Origin: Squalus acanthias
Lineage: Eukaryota
Assembly: GCA_030390025.1 (NCBI GenBank)
Contig: JASTWF010000034.1
Location: 930,001-994,000 of the forward strand
Direction: 5' to 3'
DNA length: 64,000 nt
Part shown: in pieces, positions 37,697-52,254 of the stretch
Layout: each line of letters starts with the position of its first letter
Numbering within the stretch: the stretch's first letter is position 1
Translations under genes and position numbers: made by a program
The notes under the pieces: generated by a model
Told to the model about the DNA's origin: nothing
Databases searched by the model: none
What the model saw: only the letters and a program-made list of their open reading frames with translations

Positions 37697-39110
37697 ACAT
37701 AGATACATAGATACATAGAAGATAGGAGCAGGAGTAGGCAATCCGGCCCTTCGAGCCTGCTCCGCCATTTAATGAGATCATGGCTGATCCTCCAATTCAG
37801 TATCCCGTCCCCGCCTTCTCTCCGTAACCCTTAACCCCTTTTGCCTGTAGAAATATATCTAATTCCCTCTTAAATATATTTAATGAGCTGGCGTACACTG
37901 CCCTCTGTGGCAATGAGTTCCACAGGTTCACCACCCTCTGAGTGAAGAAATTCCCCCTCATTTCTGTCCTAAATGGTTTCGCACTTATCCTTAAATTATG
38001 TCCTCTAGTTCTGTTCTCACCCGCCAAGGGAAACATTCCTTCTGCATCTAGTCTGTCTAGACCTGTCAGAATTTTATACACTTCTATGAGGTCCCCTCTC
38101 AATCTTCTAAACTCCAGTGTGTACATCCCTAAACTACATAGTCTCTCCTCATAGGTCAATCCCGCCATTCCTGGTATCAGCCTAGTGAATCGCCGCTGCA
38201 CCCCCTCCATGGCAAGAACATCTTTCCTCAGATGAGGCGACCAAAACTGTACACAGTACTCGAGGTGTGGTCTCACCAGTGCCCTGTACAGCTGCAGCAA
38301 GGTATCCCTGTTCCTGTATTCCAACCCCTTTGCTATGAAGGCCAGCATACTGTTTGCCTTCTTGACCGCCTGTTGCACCTGCATGCTCGCCTTCGTCCAA
38401 TATAGCCTGTTCCCGAGTTGGTTCCTCGACATATTGATCCAGATAACCATCCCTTAAACACTCAAGGAATTCCTCCTCCTCATTATTTTTACTGATTAGG
38501 CTAGTCCAATCTATATGTAAGTTAAAGTCACCTATGATGACAGCTGTGCTCTTATTGCACGCTTCTCTAATTTCCCTCGTGATGCCCTCCCCAACCTCTA
38601 TTTTACTATTTGGAGGCCTATATACCACTCCTATTAATGTTTTTCGCCCCTCGCTATTTCTTAGCTCCACCCATATAGATTCTGTATTAACTGAGTTAAT
38701 ATCCTTCCTTTCAATTGCATTTATCCCCTCTTTTACCAGCAATGCTACCCCTCCTCCCTTTCTTTTTTGTCGATCCTTCCTAAATACTGAATACCCCTGT
38801 ATGTTAAGCTCCCAGCCCTGCTCACCCTGCAACCATGTTTCTGTAATCCCAATTAGATCATAATTATTAACCTCTATTTCCACAGCTAATTCATCTACCT
38901 TGTTCCTGATGCTTCTCGCATTAAGGTATAAAACCCTCAGGCTTTTTTTATGCTCACATTTTTTATGAATTAGTTTGGCCCTTTGTTTTTTGTTCCTCAC
39001 CCTTTTACCATTTATTTCTGTCTGCCTTTCACTTTCCTCTATTTCACTACATAAGTTTCTAGCCCCCTGCCATACTAGTTTAAATGCTCCCGAACTGCTT
39101 TATCAAAAAT
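37697..39110 (-). mobile_element. CR1-type LINE with a large internal deletion (ORF1 end + endonuclease fused to ORF2 C-terminus)
   Basis: YLNARSIRNK, GITETWL and GDFN endonuclease motifs join at ~38394 to KASMQVQQ…AGTGY; 3' part nearly identical to 22945-23644; TACA at both flanks. Confidence 0.93.
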
Positions 39111-42100
39111 TACACCTGAATCCAGTCCCTCACTACCCGGTCTGGGTCTACACCTCACTCCAGTCCCTCTTTTCCCGGTCTGGGCCTCTACATGACTCCA
39201 GTCCCTCACTACTCGGTCTGGGCCTACACCTCACTCCAGTCCCTCACTACCCAGTCTGGGTCGACACCTCATTCCGGTCCCTCTATACCCGGTCTGGCCC
39301 TACACCTGACTCCAATCCCTCTCGACTCGATCTGGGCCTACACCTGACTCCTGTCCCTCGATACCTGATCTGGGCCGACACCTGACTCCGGTCCCTCAAT
39401 ACGCGGTATGGGCCTACACCTGACTCCAGTCCCTCACAACCCGATCTGGGCCTACACCTGACTCCAGTTCCTCATAACCCGGTCTGGGCCTATACCTGGC
39501 GCCGGTCCCTCACTACCTGGTTTGGGCCTACACCTGACTCCAGTCCCTCACTACCCAGTCTGGGCCTACACCTGACTCCAGTCCCTCACTATCCGTCTGA
39601 GCCGACACCTGACTCCAATCCCTCACTACCCGGTCTGGGACTACACCTGACTCCAATCCCTCACTACGCAGTCTTGGTATGCACCTGACTCCAGTCCCTC
39701 ACTACCCGGTCTGGGTCTACACCTGACTCCAGTCCCTCACTACCCGGTCTGGGTCTACACCTGACTCCAGTCCCTCACTACCCGGTCTGGGCCTACACCT
39801 GACTCCAGTCCCTCACTACCTGGTCTGGGTCTACACCTGACTCCAGTCCCTCACTACCCGGTCTGGGCCCAAACCTGACTCTGGTCACTCAATACCCGGT
39901 CTCGGCCTATACCTGACTCCAGTCCCTCACTGCCCAGTCTGAGCCCACACCTGACTCCGGTCCCTCAATACCTGGTCTGGTCCTGCACCTGACTCCGGTC
40001 CCTCAGTACCCGGTCTGGGCCTACACCGTGCACCATTCCCTCAATACCCGGTCTGGGCCTACAACTGACTCCAGTCCCTCACTACCCCGTCTTGGCCTAA
40101 ACCTGACTCCAGTCCCTCACTACCCGGTCTGGGCCTACACCTGACTGCGGTCCCTCAATACCCGGTCTGGGTCTACACCTGACTCCAGTCCCTCACTACC
40201 TGGTCTGGGTATACACCTGACTCCAGTGCCTCACTTCCCGGTCTGGGCCTGCACCTGACTCCGGTCCCTCAATACCTGGTCTGGTCCTACACCTGACTCC
40301 AGTCCCTCACTACCCGGTCTGGGCCTACACCGCACTCCAGTCCCTCACTATCCGTCTGAGCCGACACCTGACTCCAGTCCCTCAATACCCGGTTTGGATC
40401 GACACCTGACTCCAGTCCCTCACGGCCCGTTCTGGTCCGACAGCTAACTCCAGTCCCTCACTACCCGGTCTGGGCCTACACCTGACTCCAGTCCCTCACT
40501 ACCCGGTCTGGGTCTACACCTGACTCCATTCCCTCACTACTCGGTCTGGGTCTACACCTGACTCCAGTCCCTCACTACCCGGTCTGGGCCTACACCTGAC
40601 TCCAGTCCCTCACTACCCGGTCTGAGCCCACACCTCACTCCAGTCCCTCACTACCCGGTCTGAGCCCACACCTCATCCCAGTCCCTCACTACCCTGTCTG
40701 GGCCTCCACCTCACTCCAGTCCTTCACTACCCAGTCTGGGCCTACACCTGACTTCAGTCCCTCACTACCTGGTCTGGGTCTACACCTGACTCTAGTCCCT
40801 TACTACCCGGTCTGGGCCCAAACCTGACTCTGGTCCCTCAATACCTGGTCAGGTCCTGCACCTGACTCCGGTCCCTCAGTACCCGGTCTGGGCCTACACC
40901 TGACACCAGTCCCTCAATACCCGGTCTGGGCCTACACCTGACTCCAGTCCCTCACTACCCGGTCTGGGCCTACACCTGACTCCGGTCCCTCAATACACGG
41001 TCTGGGCCTACAACTGACTCCAGTCCCTCACTACCCCGTCTTGGCCTACACCTGACTCCAGTCCCTCACTACCCGGTTTGGATCTACACCTGACTCCAGT
41101 CCCTCACTACCCAGTCTGGGCCTACACCTGACTCCAATCCCTCACTACCCAGTCTGGGCCTACACCTGACTCCAGACCCTCACAGCCCGGTCTGGGCCTA
41201 CACCTGACTCCAGTCTCTCACTACCCGGTCTGGGCTGGGACCTGACTCCAGGCCCTCAATACCCGGTTTGGATCTTCACCTGACTCCAGTCCCTCACTAC
41301 CCAGTCCTGGCCTACACCTGACTCCAATCCATCACTACCCAGTCTGGGCCTACACCTGACTCCAGTCCCTCACTACCCGGTCTGAGCCCACACCTCACTC
41401 CAGTCCCTCACTACCCTGTCTGGGCCTCCACCTCACTCCAGTCCTTCACTACCCAGTCTGGGCCTACACCTGACTTGAGTCCCTCACTACCTGGTCTCGG
41501 GTCTACACCTGACTCTAGTCCCTCACTACCCGGTCTGGGCCCAAACCTAACTCCAGTCCCTCACTACCCGGTTTGGATCTACACCTGACTCCAGTCCCTC
41601 ACAGCCCGGTCTGAGCTGGCATCTGATCCAGTCCGTCAATACCCGGTTTGGATCTACAACTGACTCCAGTCCCTCACAGCCCGGTCTGGGCCTACACCTG
41701 ACTCCAGTCCCTCACTACCCGGTCTGGGCTGGCACCTGACTCCAGTCCCTCAATACCCGGTTTCGATTTTCACCTGACTCCAGTTCCTCACTAACCAGTC
41801 TGGGCCTACACCTGACTCCAATCCCTCACTTTCCACTCTGGGCCTACACCTGACTCCAGTCCCTCACTTCCTGGTCTTGGCCTACACCCGAATCCAGTCC
41901 CTCACTACCCGGTCTGGGTATGCACCTGACTCCTTCCCTCAATAGCCGGTCTTGGCCTACACCTGACTCCAATCCCTCATTACCCAGTCTGGGTCTACAC
42001 CTGACTCCGGTCCCTCACTACCCCCTCTTAGCCTACACCTGACTCCAATCCCTCACTACCTGGTCTGGGTCTACACCTGACTCCAGTCTCTCACTATCCG

Positions 42101-45100
42101 GTCTGGGTCTGCACCTGACTCCAATCCCTCACTACACAGTCTGGGCCTACACCTGACTCCAGTCCCTCAGTACCTGGTCTTGGCCTACACCCGAATCCAC
42201 TCCCTCACTACCCGGTCTGGATATGCACCTGACTCCTTCCCTCACTAGCCGGTCTTGGCCTACACCCGACTCCAGTCCCTCACTACCCCCTCTTAGCCTA
42301 CACCGGACTCCGGTCCCTCACTTCCTGGTCTGGGTCTACACCTGACTCCAGTCCCTCACTATCCTGTCTGGGTCTGCACCTGACTCCATTCCCCCTAAAC
42401 CAGGTCTGGCCCTACACCTGACTCCAGTCCCTCACTATCCGGTCTGGGCCTACATCTGACTCCATTCCCTCACTACCCAGTCTGGGTATGCATCTGACTC
42501 CTTCCCTCACTAGCCGGTCTTGGACTACACCCGACTCCAGTCCCTCACTTCCCGGTCTGGGCCTGCACCTGACTCCGGTCCCTCAATACCTGGTCTGGTC
42601 CTACACCTGACTCCAGTCCCTCACTACCCGGTCTGGGTCTATACCTCACTCCAGCCCCTCACTATCCGTCTGAGCCGACACCTGACTCCAGTCCCTCAAT
42701 ACCCGGTTTGGATCTACACCTGACTCCAGTCCCTCACTAACCGGTCTGGGCCTACACCTGACTCCAATCCCTCACTACGCAGTCTTGGTATACACCTGAC
42801 TCCAGTCCCTCACTACCCGGTCTGGGTCTACACCTGAATCCAGTCCCTCACTACCCAGTCTGGGTCTACACCTGACTCCAGTCCCTCACTACCCGGTCTG
42901 GGCCTACACCTGACTCCAGTCCCTCACTACCTGGTCTCGGCCCAAACCTGACTCTGGTCCCTCAATACCCGGTTTGGATCTACACCTGACTCCAGTCCCT
43001 CACTACCCAGTCTGGGTCTACACCTGAATCCAGTCCCTCACTACCCAGTCTGGGTCTACACCTGACTCCAGTCCCTCACTACCCGGTCTGGGCCTACACC
43101 TGACTCCAGTCCCTCACTACCTGGTCTCGGCCCAAACCTGACTCTGGTCCCTCAATACCCGGTTTGGATCTACACCTGACTCCAGTCCCTCACTACCCGG
43201 TCTGGGCCGACACCTGACTCCAGTCCCTCAATAGCCGGATTGGATCTACACCTGACTCCAGTTCCCTCACTACCCGGTCTGGGCCGGCATCTGATCCAGT
43301 CCCTCAATACCCGGTTTGGATCTACACCTGACTCCAGTCCCTCACTACCCGGTCTGGGCCGACACCTGACTCCAGTCCCTCAATAGCCGGTTTGGATCTA
43401 CACCTGACTCCAGTCCCTCACTACCCGGTCTGGGCCGGCATCTGATCCAGTCCCTCAATACCCGGTTTGGATCTACACCTGACTCCAGTCCCTCACAGCC
43501 CGCTCTGGGCCTACACCTGACTCCAGTCCCTCACTACCCGGTCTGGGCTGGCACCCTGACTCCAGTCCCTCAATACCCGTTTGGATTTTCACCTGACTCA
43601 GTCCCTCACTACCCAGTCTGGGTCTACACCTGACTCCAATCCCCTCACTACCCAGTCTGTGGCCTACACCTGACTCCAGTCCCTCACTACCTGGTCTTGG
43701 CCTACACCCGAATCCAGTCCCTCACTACCCGGTCTGGGTATGCACCTGACTCCTTCCCTCAATAGCCGGTCTTGGCCTACACCCGACTCCAGTCCCCCAC
43801 TACCCGGTCTGGGCCCACACCTGACTCCAGTCCCTCACTACCCCCTCTTAGCCTACACCTGACTCCAATCCCTCACTACCTGGTCTGGGTCTACACAAGA
43901 CTCCAGTCTCTCACTATCCGGTCTGGGTCTGCACCTGACTCCAGTCCCTCACTACCCGGTCTGGGTATACACCTGAATCCAGTCCCTCAATAACTGGTCT
44001 GGTTCCTACAGCTGACTCCAGTCCCTCACTGCACGGTCTGGGCCTACATCTGACTCCATTCCCTCTAAACCAGGTCTGGCCCTTCACCTGACTCCAGTCC
44101 CTCACTACCCGGTCTGGGTATACACCTGACTCCAGTCCCTCATTACCAGGTCTGGGCCGACACCTGACTCCAGTCCCTCACTACCCGGTCTGGGTCTACA
44201 CCTGACTCCAGTCCCTCACTACCCGGTCTGGGTCTACACATGACTCCAGTCCTTTACTACCCAGGCTGGGTCTACATCTGACTCCACTCCCTCACTACCC
44301 GGTCTGGGCCACATCTGACTCCACTCCCTCACTACCCGGTCAGGGCCTACATCTGACTCCATTCCCTCTATACCAGGTCTGGCCCTACACCTGACTCCGG
44401 TCCCTCACTACCAGGTCTGGGCCTACACCTGACTCCAGTCCCTCACTATCCGGTCTGGGTCTACACCTGACTCCAGTCCCTCACTACCCGGTCTGGCCGT
44501 ACACCTGACTCCAGTCCCTCACTACCTGGTCTGTGCCTACACCTGACTCCAGTCCCCTCACTACCGGTCTGGGCCTGCACCTGACTCCCGGTCCCTCAAT
44601 ACCTGTCTGGGCCCACACCAGACTCCGTCCCTCAATACCTGGTCTGGTCCTACACCTGACTCCAGTCCCTCACTACCCGGTCTGGGTCTATACCTCACTC
44701 CAGTCCCGAACTATCCGTCTGAGCCGACACCTGCTCCAGTCCCTCACTACCCGGTCTGGGCCTATACCTGACTCCAGACCCTCTTATCCTCGGTCTGGGC
44801 CTATTTCTGACTCCAGTCCCTCACTATCCAGTCTGGGTCTGCACCTGACTCCAGTCCCTCACTACCCGGTCTGGTACTACACCTGAATCCAGTCCCTGAA
44901 TACCTGGTCTGGCTCCTACAGCTGACTTCAGTCTCTCACTGCACGGTCGGGCCTACATCTGACTCATCCCTCTAAACCAGGTCTGGCCTACACCTGACTC
45001 CGGTCCCTCACTTCCCGGCTCTGGGCCTGCACCTGACTCCGGTCCCTCAATACCTGGTCTGCTCCTGCACCTGACTCCGGTCCCTCATTACCCGGTCTGG

Positions 45101-48100
45101 GCCTACACCTGACTCCGGTCCCTCAATACACGGTATGGGCCTACACCTGACTCCAGTCCCTCACTATCCATCTGAGCCGACACCTGACTCCAGTCCCTCA
45201 ATACCCGGTTTGGTGCTACACCTGACACCAGTCCCTCACTACCCGGTCTGGGCTGGCATCTGATCCAGTCCCTCAATACCCGGTTTGGATCTACACCTGA
45301 CTCCAGTCCCTCACTACCCGGTCTGGGCTGGCACCTGACTCCAGTCCCTCAATACCCGGTTTGGATTTTCACCTGACTCCAGTCCCTCACCACCTGGTCT
45401 GGGCCCACACCTGACTCCAGTCCCTCATTACCCGGTCTGGGTCTACACCTGACTCCAGTCCCTCACTACCCCCTCTTAGCCTACACCTGACTCCAATCCC
45501 TCACTACCTGGTCTGTGTCTACACCTGACTCCAGTCTCTCAATACCTGGTCTGCTCCTGCACCTGACTCCGGTCCCTCATTACCCGGTCTGGGCCTACAC
45601 CTGACTCCGGTCCCTCAATACACGGTATGGGCCTACACCTGACTCCAGTCCCTCACTATCCGTCTGAGCCGACACCTGACTCCAGTCCCTCAATACCCGG
45701 TTTGGCTGCTACACCTGACACCAGCTCCCTCACTACCCAGGTCTGGGCTGCATCTGATCCAGTCCCTCAATACCCGGTTTGGATCTACACCTGACTCCAG
45801 TCCCTCACTACCCGGTCTGGGCTGGCACCTGACTCCAGTCCCTCAATACCCGGTTTGGATTTCACCTGACTCCAGTCCCTCACCACCCTGGTCTGGGCCC
45901 ACACCTGACTCCAGTCCCCTCATACCCGGTCTGGGTCTACACCTGACTCCAGTCCCTCACTACCCCCTCTTAGCCTACACCTGACTCCAATCCCTCACTA
46001 CCTGGTCTTGTTCTACACCTGACTCCAGTCCCTCACTATCCGGTCTGGGTCTGCACCTGACTCCAGTCCCTAACTACCCGGTCTGGGTATACACCTGAAT
46101 CCAGTCCCTCATTACCAGGTCTGGGTCTACATCTGACTCCACTCCCTCACTACCCGGTCTGGGCCACATCTGACTCCACTCCCTCACTACTCGGTCAGGG
46201 CCGACATCTGACTCCATTCCCTCTATACCAGGTCTGGCCCTACACCTGACTCCAGTCCCTCACTACCTGGTCTGGGTATACACCTGACTCCAGTCCCTCA
46301 CTACCCGGTCTGGGCCTGCACCTGACTCCGGTCCCTCAATACATGGTCTGGGTATACACCAGACTCCGGTCCCTCAATACCAGGTCTGGTCCTACAGCTG
46401 ACTCCAGTCCCTCACTACCCGGTCTGGGTCTGTACCTCACTCCAGCCCCTCACTATCCATCTGAACCGAAACCTGACTCCAGTCCCTCAATACCCGGTTT
46501 GGATCTACACCTGACTCCAGTCCCTCACCGCCCGTTCTGGTCCTACACCTAACTCCAGTCCCTCACTAACTGGTCTGGGTCTATACCTGATTCCAATCCC
46601 TCACTACGCAGTCTTGGTATACACCTGACTCCATTCCCTCACTACCCGGTCTGGGCCTACACCTGACTCCATTCCCTCACTACCCGGTCTGGGCCTACAC
46701 CTGACTCCAGTCCCTCATTACCCGGTCTGAGTCTACACCTGACTCCAGTTCCTCACTACCCGGTGTGGGCCTATACCTGACTCCAGTCCCTCTAAACCCG
46801 GTCTGGGCCTATTTCTGACTCCAGTCCCTCACTACCCGTTCTTGGCCTGCACCTGACTCCGGTCCCTCACTACCTGGTCTGGGCCTGCACCTGGCTCCAG
46901 TACCTCACTATCCGGTCTGGATATACACCTAACTCCGGTCCCTCAATACCCGGTCTGGTCCTACACCTGACTCCAGTCCCTCTCTACCCAGTCTGGGTAT
47001 ACTCCTGACACCAGTCCCTCACTACCCAGTCTGGGCCTACACCTGACTCCAGTCCCTCACTACCCGGTCTGGGCCTACACCTGACTCCAGTCCCTCACTA
47101 CCCGGTCTGGGCTACACCTGACTCCAGTCCCACACTACCCGGTCTGGGCCTACACCTGACTCCAGTCCCTCACTACCGGTCTGGGCCTACACCTGACTCC
47201 AGTCCCTCACTACCTGGTCTGGGCCTGCACCTGACTCCAGTCCCTCACTACCCGGTCTGGGCCAACACCTGACTCCAGTCCCTCAATACCCGGTCTGGGC
47301 CTACACCTGACTCCAGTCCCTCACTACCCAGTCTGGGACTACACCTGACTCCAGTCCCTCACTACCCGGTCTGGGCCTACACCTGACTCCAGTCCCTCAC
47401 TACCCGGTCTGGGCCTACACCTGACTCCAGTCCCTCACTACCCGGTCTGGGCCTACACCTGACTCCAGTCCCACACTACTCGGTCTGGGCCTACACCTGA
47501 CTCCAGTCCCTCACTACCTGGTCTGTGCCTGCACCTGACTCCAGTCCCTCACTTGCCGGTCTGGGTCTATACCTCACTCCAATCCCTCACTACCTGGTCT
47601 GGGTATACACCTGACTCCAGTCCCTCACTACCAGGTCTGGTCCTACACCTGAGTCCGATCCCTCAATACCTGGTCTGGGCCCACACCTGACTCCGGTCCC
47701 TCAATACCTGGTCTGGTCCTACACCCGACTCCAGTCCACAACTACCCGGTCTGGGCCCACACCTGACTCCAGTCCCTCATTACCCGGTCTGGGTATACAC
47801 CTGAATCCAGTCCCTCAATAACTGGTCTGGTCCTACAGCTGACTTCAGTCCCTCACTGCACGGTCTGGGCCTACATCTGACTCCATTCCCTCTAAACCAG
47901 GTCTGGCCCTACACCTGACTCCAGTCCCTCACTACCCGGTCTGGGTATACACCTGACTCCAGTCCCTCATTAGCAGGTCTGGGCCGACACCTGACTCCTG
48001 TCCCTCATTACCAGGTCTGGGTCTACACCTGACTCCAGTCCCTCACTTCCCGGTCTGGGTCTACACATGACTCCAGTCCTTCACTACCCAGTCTGGGTCT

Positions 48101-51100
48101 ACATCTGACTCCACTCCCTCACTACCCGGTCTGGGCCACATCTGATTCCACTCCCTCACTATCCGGTCAGGGCCTACATCTGACTCCATTCCCTCTATAC
48201 CAGGTCTGGCCCTACACCTGACTCCGGTCCCTCACTACCAGGTCTGGGCCTACACCTGACTCCAGTCCCTCACTACCCGGTCTGAGTCTACACCTGACTC
48301 CAGTCCCTCATTACCAGGTCTGGGTCTACACCTGACTCCAGTCCCTCACTACCTGGTCTGGGTATACACCTGACTCCAGTCCCTCAGTACCCGGTCTGGG
48401 CCTGCACCTGACTCCGGTCCCTCAATACCTGGTCTGGGCCCACACCAGACTCCGGTCCCTCAAAACCTGGTCTGGTCCTACACCTGACTCCAGTCCCTCA
48501 CTTCCCGGTCTGGGTCTGTACCTCACTCCAGTCTCTCACTATCCAGTCTGAGCCGAAACCTGACTCGAGTCCCTCACTACCCGGTTGGATCTACACTGAC
48601 TCAGTCCCTCACGGCCCGGTCTGGGCCTTCACCTGACTCCAGTCCCTCACTACGCAGTCTTGGTATACACCTGACTCCATTCCCTCACTACCCGGTCTGG
48701 GCCTACACCTGACTCCCAGTCCCTCACTACCCGGTCTGGGCCACACCTGACTCCAGTCCCTCATTACCCGGTCTGAGTCTACACCTGACTCCAGTCCCTC
48801 ACAACCCAGGCTGGGTCTACACCTGACTCCAGTCCCTCACTACTGGTCTGGGCCGAAACCTGACTCCAGTCCCTCACTACCGGTCTGAGTCTACACCTGA
48901 CTCCAGTCCCTCACTACCCGGTCTGGGCCTACACCTGACTCCAGTCCCTCACTACCCTGTCTGGGCTACACCTGACTCAGTCCCTCACTACCCAGTCTGG
49001 GCCTAACCTGACTCCAGTCCCGCTAAACCCGGTTTGGGCCTATTTCTGACTCCAGCCCTCACTACCCGTTCTTGGCCTGCACCTGACTCCGGTCCCTCAC
49101 TACCTGGTCTGGGCCTGCAACTGGCTCCAGTACCTCACTATCGGGTCTGGATATACACCTGACTCCGGTCCCTCAATATCTGGTCTGGTCCTACACCTGA
49201 CTCCAGTCCCTCACTACCCAGTCTGGGTATACTCCTGACTCCAGTCCCTCACTACCCAGTCTGGGCCTGCACCTGAATCCAGTCTCTCACTACCAGGTCT
49301 GGCCCTACACCTGACTCCAGTCCCACACTACCCGGTCTGGGTCTATTCCTCACTCCAATCCCTCACTACCAGGTCTGGATATACACCTGACTCCGGTCCC
49401 TCAATATCTGGTCTGGTCCTACACCTGACTCCAGTCCCTCACTACCCAGTCTGGGTATACTCCTGACTCCAGTCCCTCACTACCAGGTCTGGTCCTACAC
49501 CTAAGTCCGATCCCTCAATACCTGGTCTGGGCCCACACCTGACTCCAGTCCCTCACTACCCAGTCTGGGCCTACAGTTGACTCCAGTCCCTCACTACCCG
49601 GTCTGGGCCTATACCTGACTCCAGTCCCTCTAAACCCGGTCTGGGCCTACTTCTGACTCCAGTCCCTCATTACCCGTTCTTGGCCTACACCTGACTCCGG
49701 TCCCTCACTACCTGGTCTGGGCCTGCACCTTGCTCCAGTACCTCACTATCTGGTCCGGATATACACCTGACTCCGGTCCCTCAATACCTTGTCTGGTCCT
49801 ACACCTGACTCCAGTCCCTCACTAACCAGTCTGGGTATACTCCTGACTCCAGTCCCTCACTACCCAGTCTGGGCCTACAGCTGAATCCAGTCTCTCACTA
49901 CCCGGTCTGGGCCTACACCTGACTCCAGTCCCTCACTACCCGGTCTGGGTCTATTCCTCACTCCAGTCCCTCACTACTCGGTCTGGGCCTATACCTGACT
50001 CCAGTCTCTCACTACATGGTCTGTGCCGCCACCTGACTCCAGTCCCTCACTACCCGGTCTGGGTCTATACCTCACTCTAATCCCTCACTACCTGGTCTGG
50101 GTATACACCTGACTCCAGTCCCTCACTACCAGGTCTGGTCCTACACCTAAGTCCGATCCCTCAATACCTGGTCTGGGCCCACACCTGAATCCGATCCCTC
50201 AATACCTGGTCTGGTCCTACACCTGACTCCAGTCCCCCACTACCCGGTCTGGGCCCACACCTGACTCCAGTCCCTCATTACCCGGTCTGGGTCTACACCT
50301 GACTCCTGTCCCTCACTACCCGACTCCAATCCCTCTCACTACCCGGTCTTGGCCTACACCTGACTCCAGTCCCCCACTACCTGGTCTGGGTCTACACCTA
50401 ACTCCAGTCCCTCACTACGCAGTCTTGTTATACACCTGACTCCATTCACTCACTACCCGGTCTGGGCCTACACCTGACTCCAGTCCCTCACTACCCGGTC
50501 TGGGCCTACACCTGACTCCAGTCCCTCACTACCCGGTCTGGGCCTACACCTGACTCCAGTCCCTCACTACCCAGTCTGGGCCTACACCTGAATCCAGTCC
50601 CTCACTACCCGGTCTGGGCCTACACCTGACTCCAGTCCGTCACTACCCGGTCTGGGTCTATTCCTCATTCCAGTCCCTCACTACTCGGTCTGGGCCTATA
50701 CCTGACTCCAGTCTCTCACTACATGGTCTGTGCCGCCACCTGACTCCAGTCCCTCACTACCCGGTCTGGGTCTATACCTCACTCTAATCCCTCACTACCT
50801 GGTCTGGGTATACACCTGACTCCAGTCCCTCACTACCCGGTCTGGTCCTACACCTGAGTCCGATCCCGCAATATCTGGTCTGGGCCCACACCTGACTCCG
50901 GTCCCCCAATACCTGGTCTGGTCCTACACCAGACTCCAGTCCCTCACTATCTGGTCTGCGTCTATACATCACTCCAGTCCCTCACTATCCGTCTGAGCCG
51001 ACACCTGACTCCAGTCCCTCAATACCCGGTTTGGATCTACACCTGACTCCAGTCCCTCACAGCCCGTTCTGGTCATACACCTAACTCCAGTCCCTCACTA

Positions 51101-52107
51101 CCCGGTCTGGGCTACAACTGACTCCAATCCCTCACTACCCAGTCTGGGCCTACACCTGACTCCAGTCCCTCACTATCCGGTCTTGGCCTACACCCGACTC
51201 CAGTCCCTCACTACCTGGTCTGGGTCTACACCTGACTCCAGTCCCGCACTACCCGGTCTGGGCCTAGACCTCCACTCAGTCCCTCACTTCCCAGTCTGGG
51301 CCTACACCTGACTCCAATCCCTCACTACGCGGCCTTGGTATACACCTGACTCCATTCCCTCACTACCCGGTCTGGGCCCCACACTGACTCCAGTCCCTCA
51401 CTACCCGGTCTGGGTCTACACCTGACTCCAGTTCCTCACTACCCGGTCTGGGCCTACACCTGACTCCAGTCCCTCTAAACCGGTCTGGGCCTACACCTGA
51501 CTCCAATCCCTCACTCCCCGGTCTGGGTATACACCTGACTCCAGTCCCTCAATACCTGGTCTGGGCCCACACCTAAATCCAATCCCTCACTACCCGGTCT
51601 GGGCCTACACCTGACTCCAGTCCCTCACTACCCGGTCTGGGTCTACACCTGACTCCAGTCCCTCACTACCCGGTCTGGGTCTACACCTGACTCCAATCCC
51701 TCACTACCTGGTCTGCGCCTACACCTGACTCCAGTCCCTCACTACCCGGTCTGGGCCGACACCTGACTTCGGTCCCTCAATACCTGGTCTAGTCCTACAC
51801 CTGACTCCAGTCCCTCACTATCTGGTCTGGGCCTGCACCTGACTCCAGTACCTCACTATCCGGTCTGGGTATACACCTGACTCCAATCCCTCACTACCCG
51901 TTCTGGGCCTACACCTGATTCCAGTCTCTCTCGACCCGGTCTGGGCCTGCACCTGACTCCAGTCTCTCACTACCCGATCTGGGCCTTCACCTGACTCCAG
52001 TCCCTCAATACCCGGTCTGGGCCTTCACCTGACTCCAGTCCCTCAATACCAGGTCTCGGCCTTCACCTGACTCCAGTCCCTCACTACGCGGTCCGGGCCT
52101 GCACCTT
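39111..52107. repeat. ~13-kb C-rich 38-bp satellite (ACCTGACTCCAGTCCCTCACTACCCGGTCTGGGCCTAC)
   Basis: 38-nt period (e.g. 39721 to 39759); a partial first unit lies at ~37679-37699, left of the CR1. Confidence 0.97.
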
Positions 52108-52254
52108 CAGTCCTGTCAGTCGTAATGGGCACTGAGTGTTGGAGAGAGATTATTGACAGTATAAATACCTCTTATATCAGTAATGGGTCAGTATTGGGGA
52201 AATAGGTTATGTATATTAACGAAATGGTACAATTGTAAAGTGGGTGCAGTAACA

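Noticed and set aside
31961..52107. Regular 38- and 41-bp repeats as CRISPR arrays
   Set aside because: Head-to-tail units with no unique spacers, no cas genes, vertebrate context
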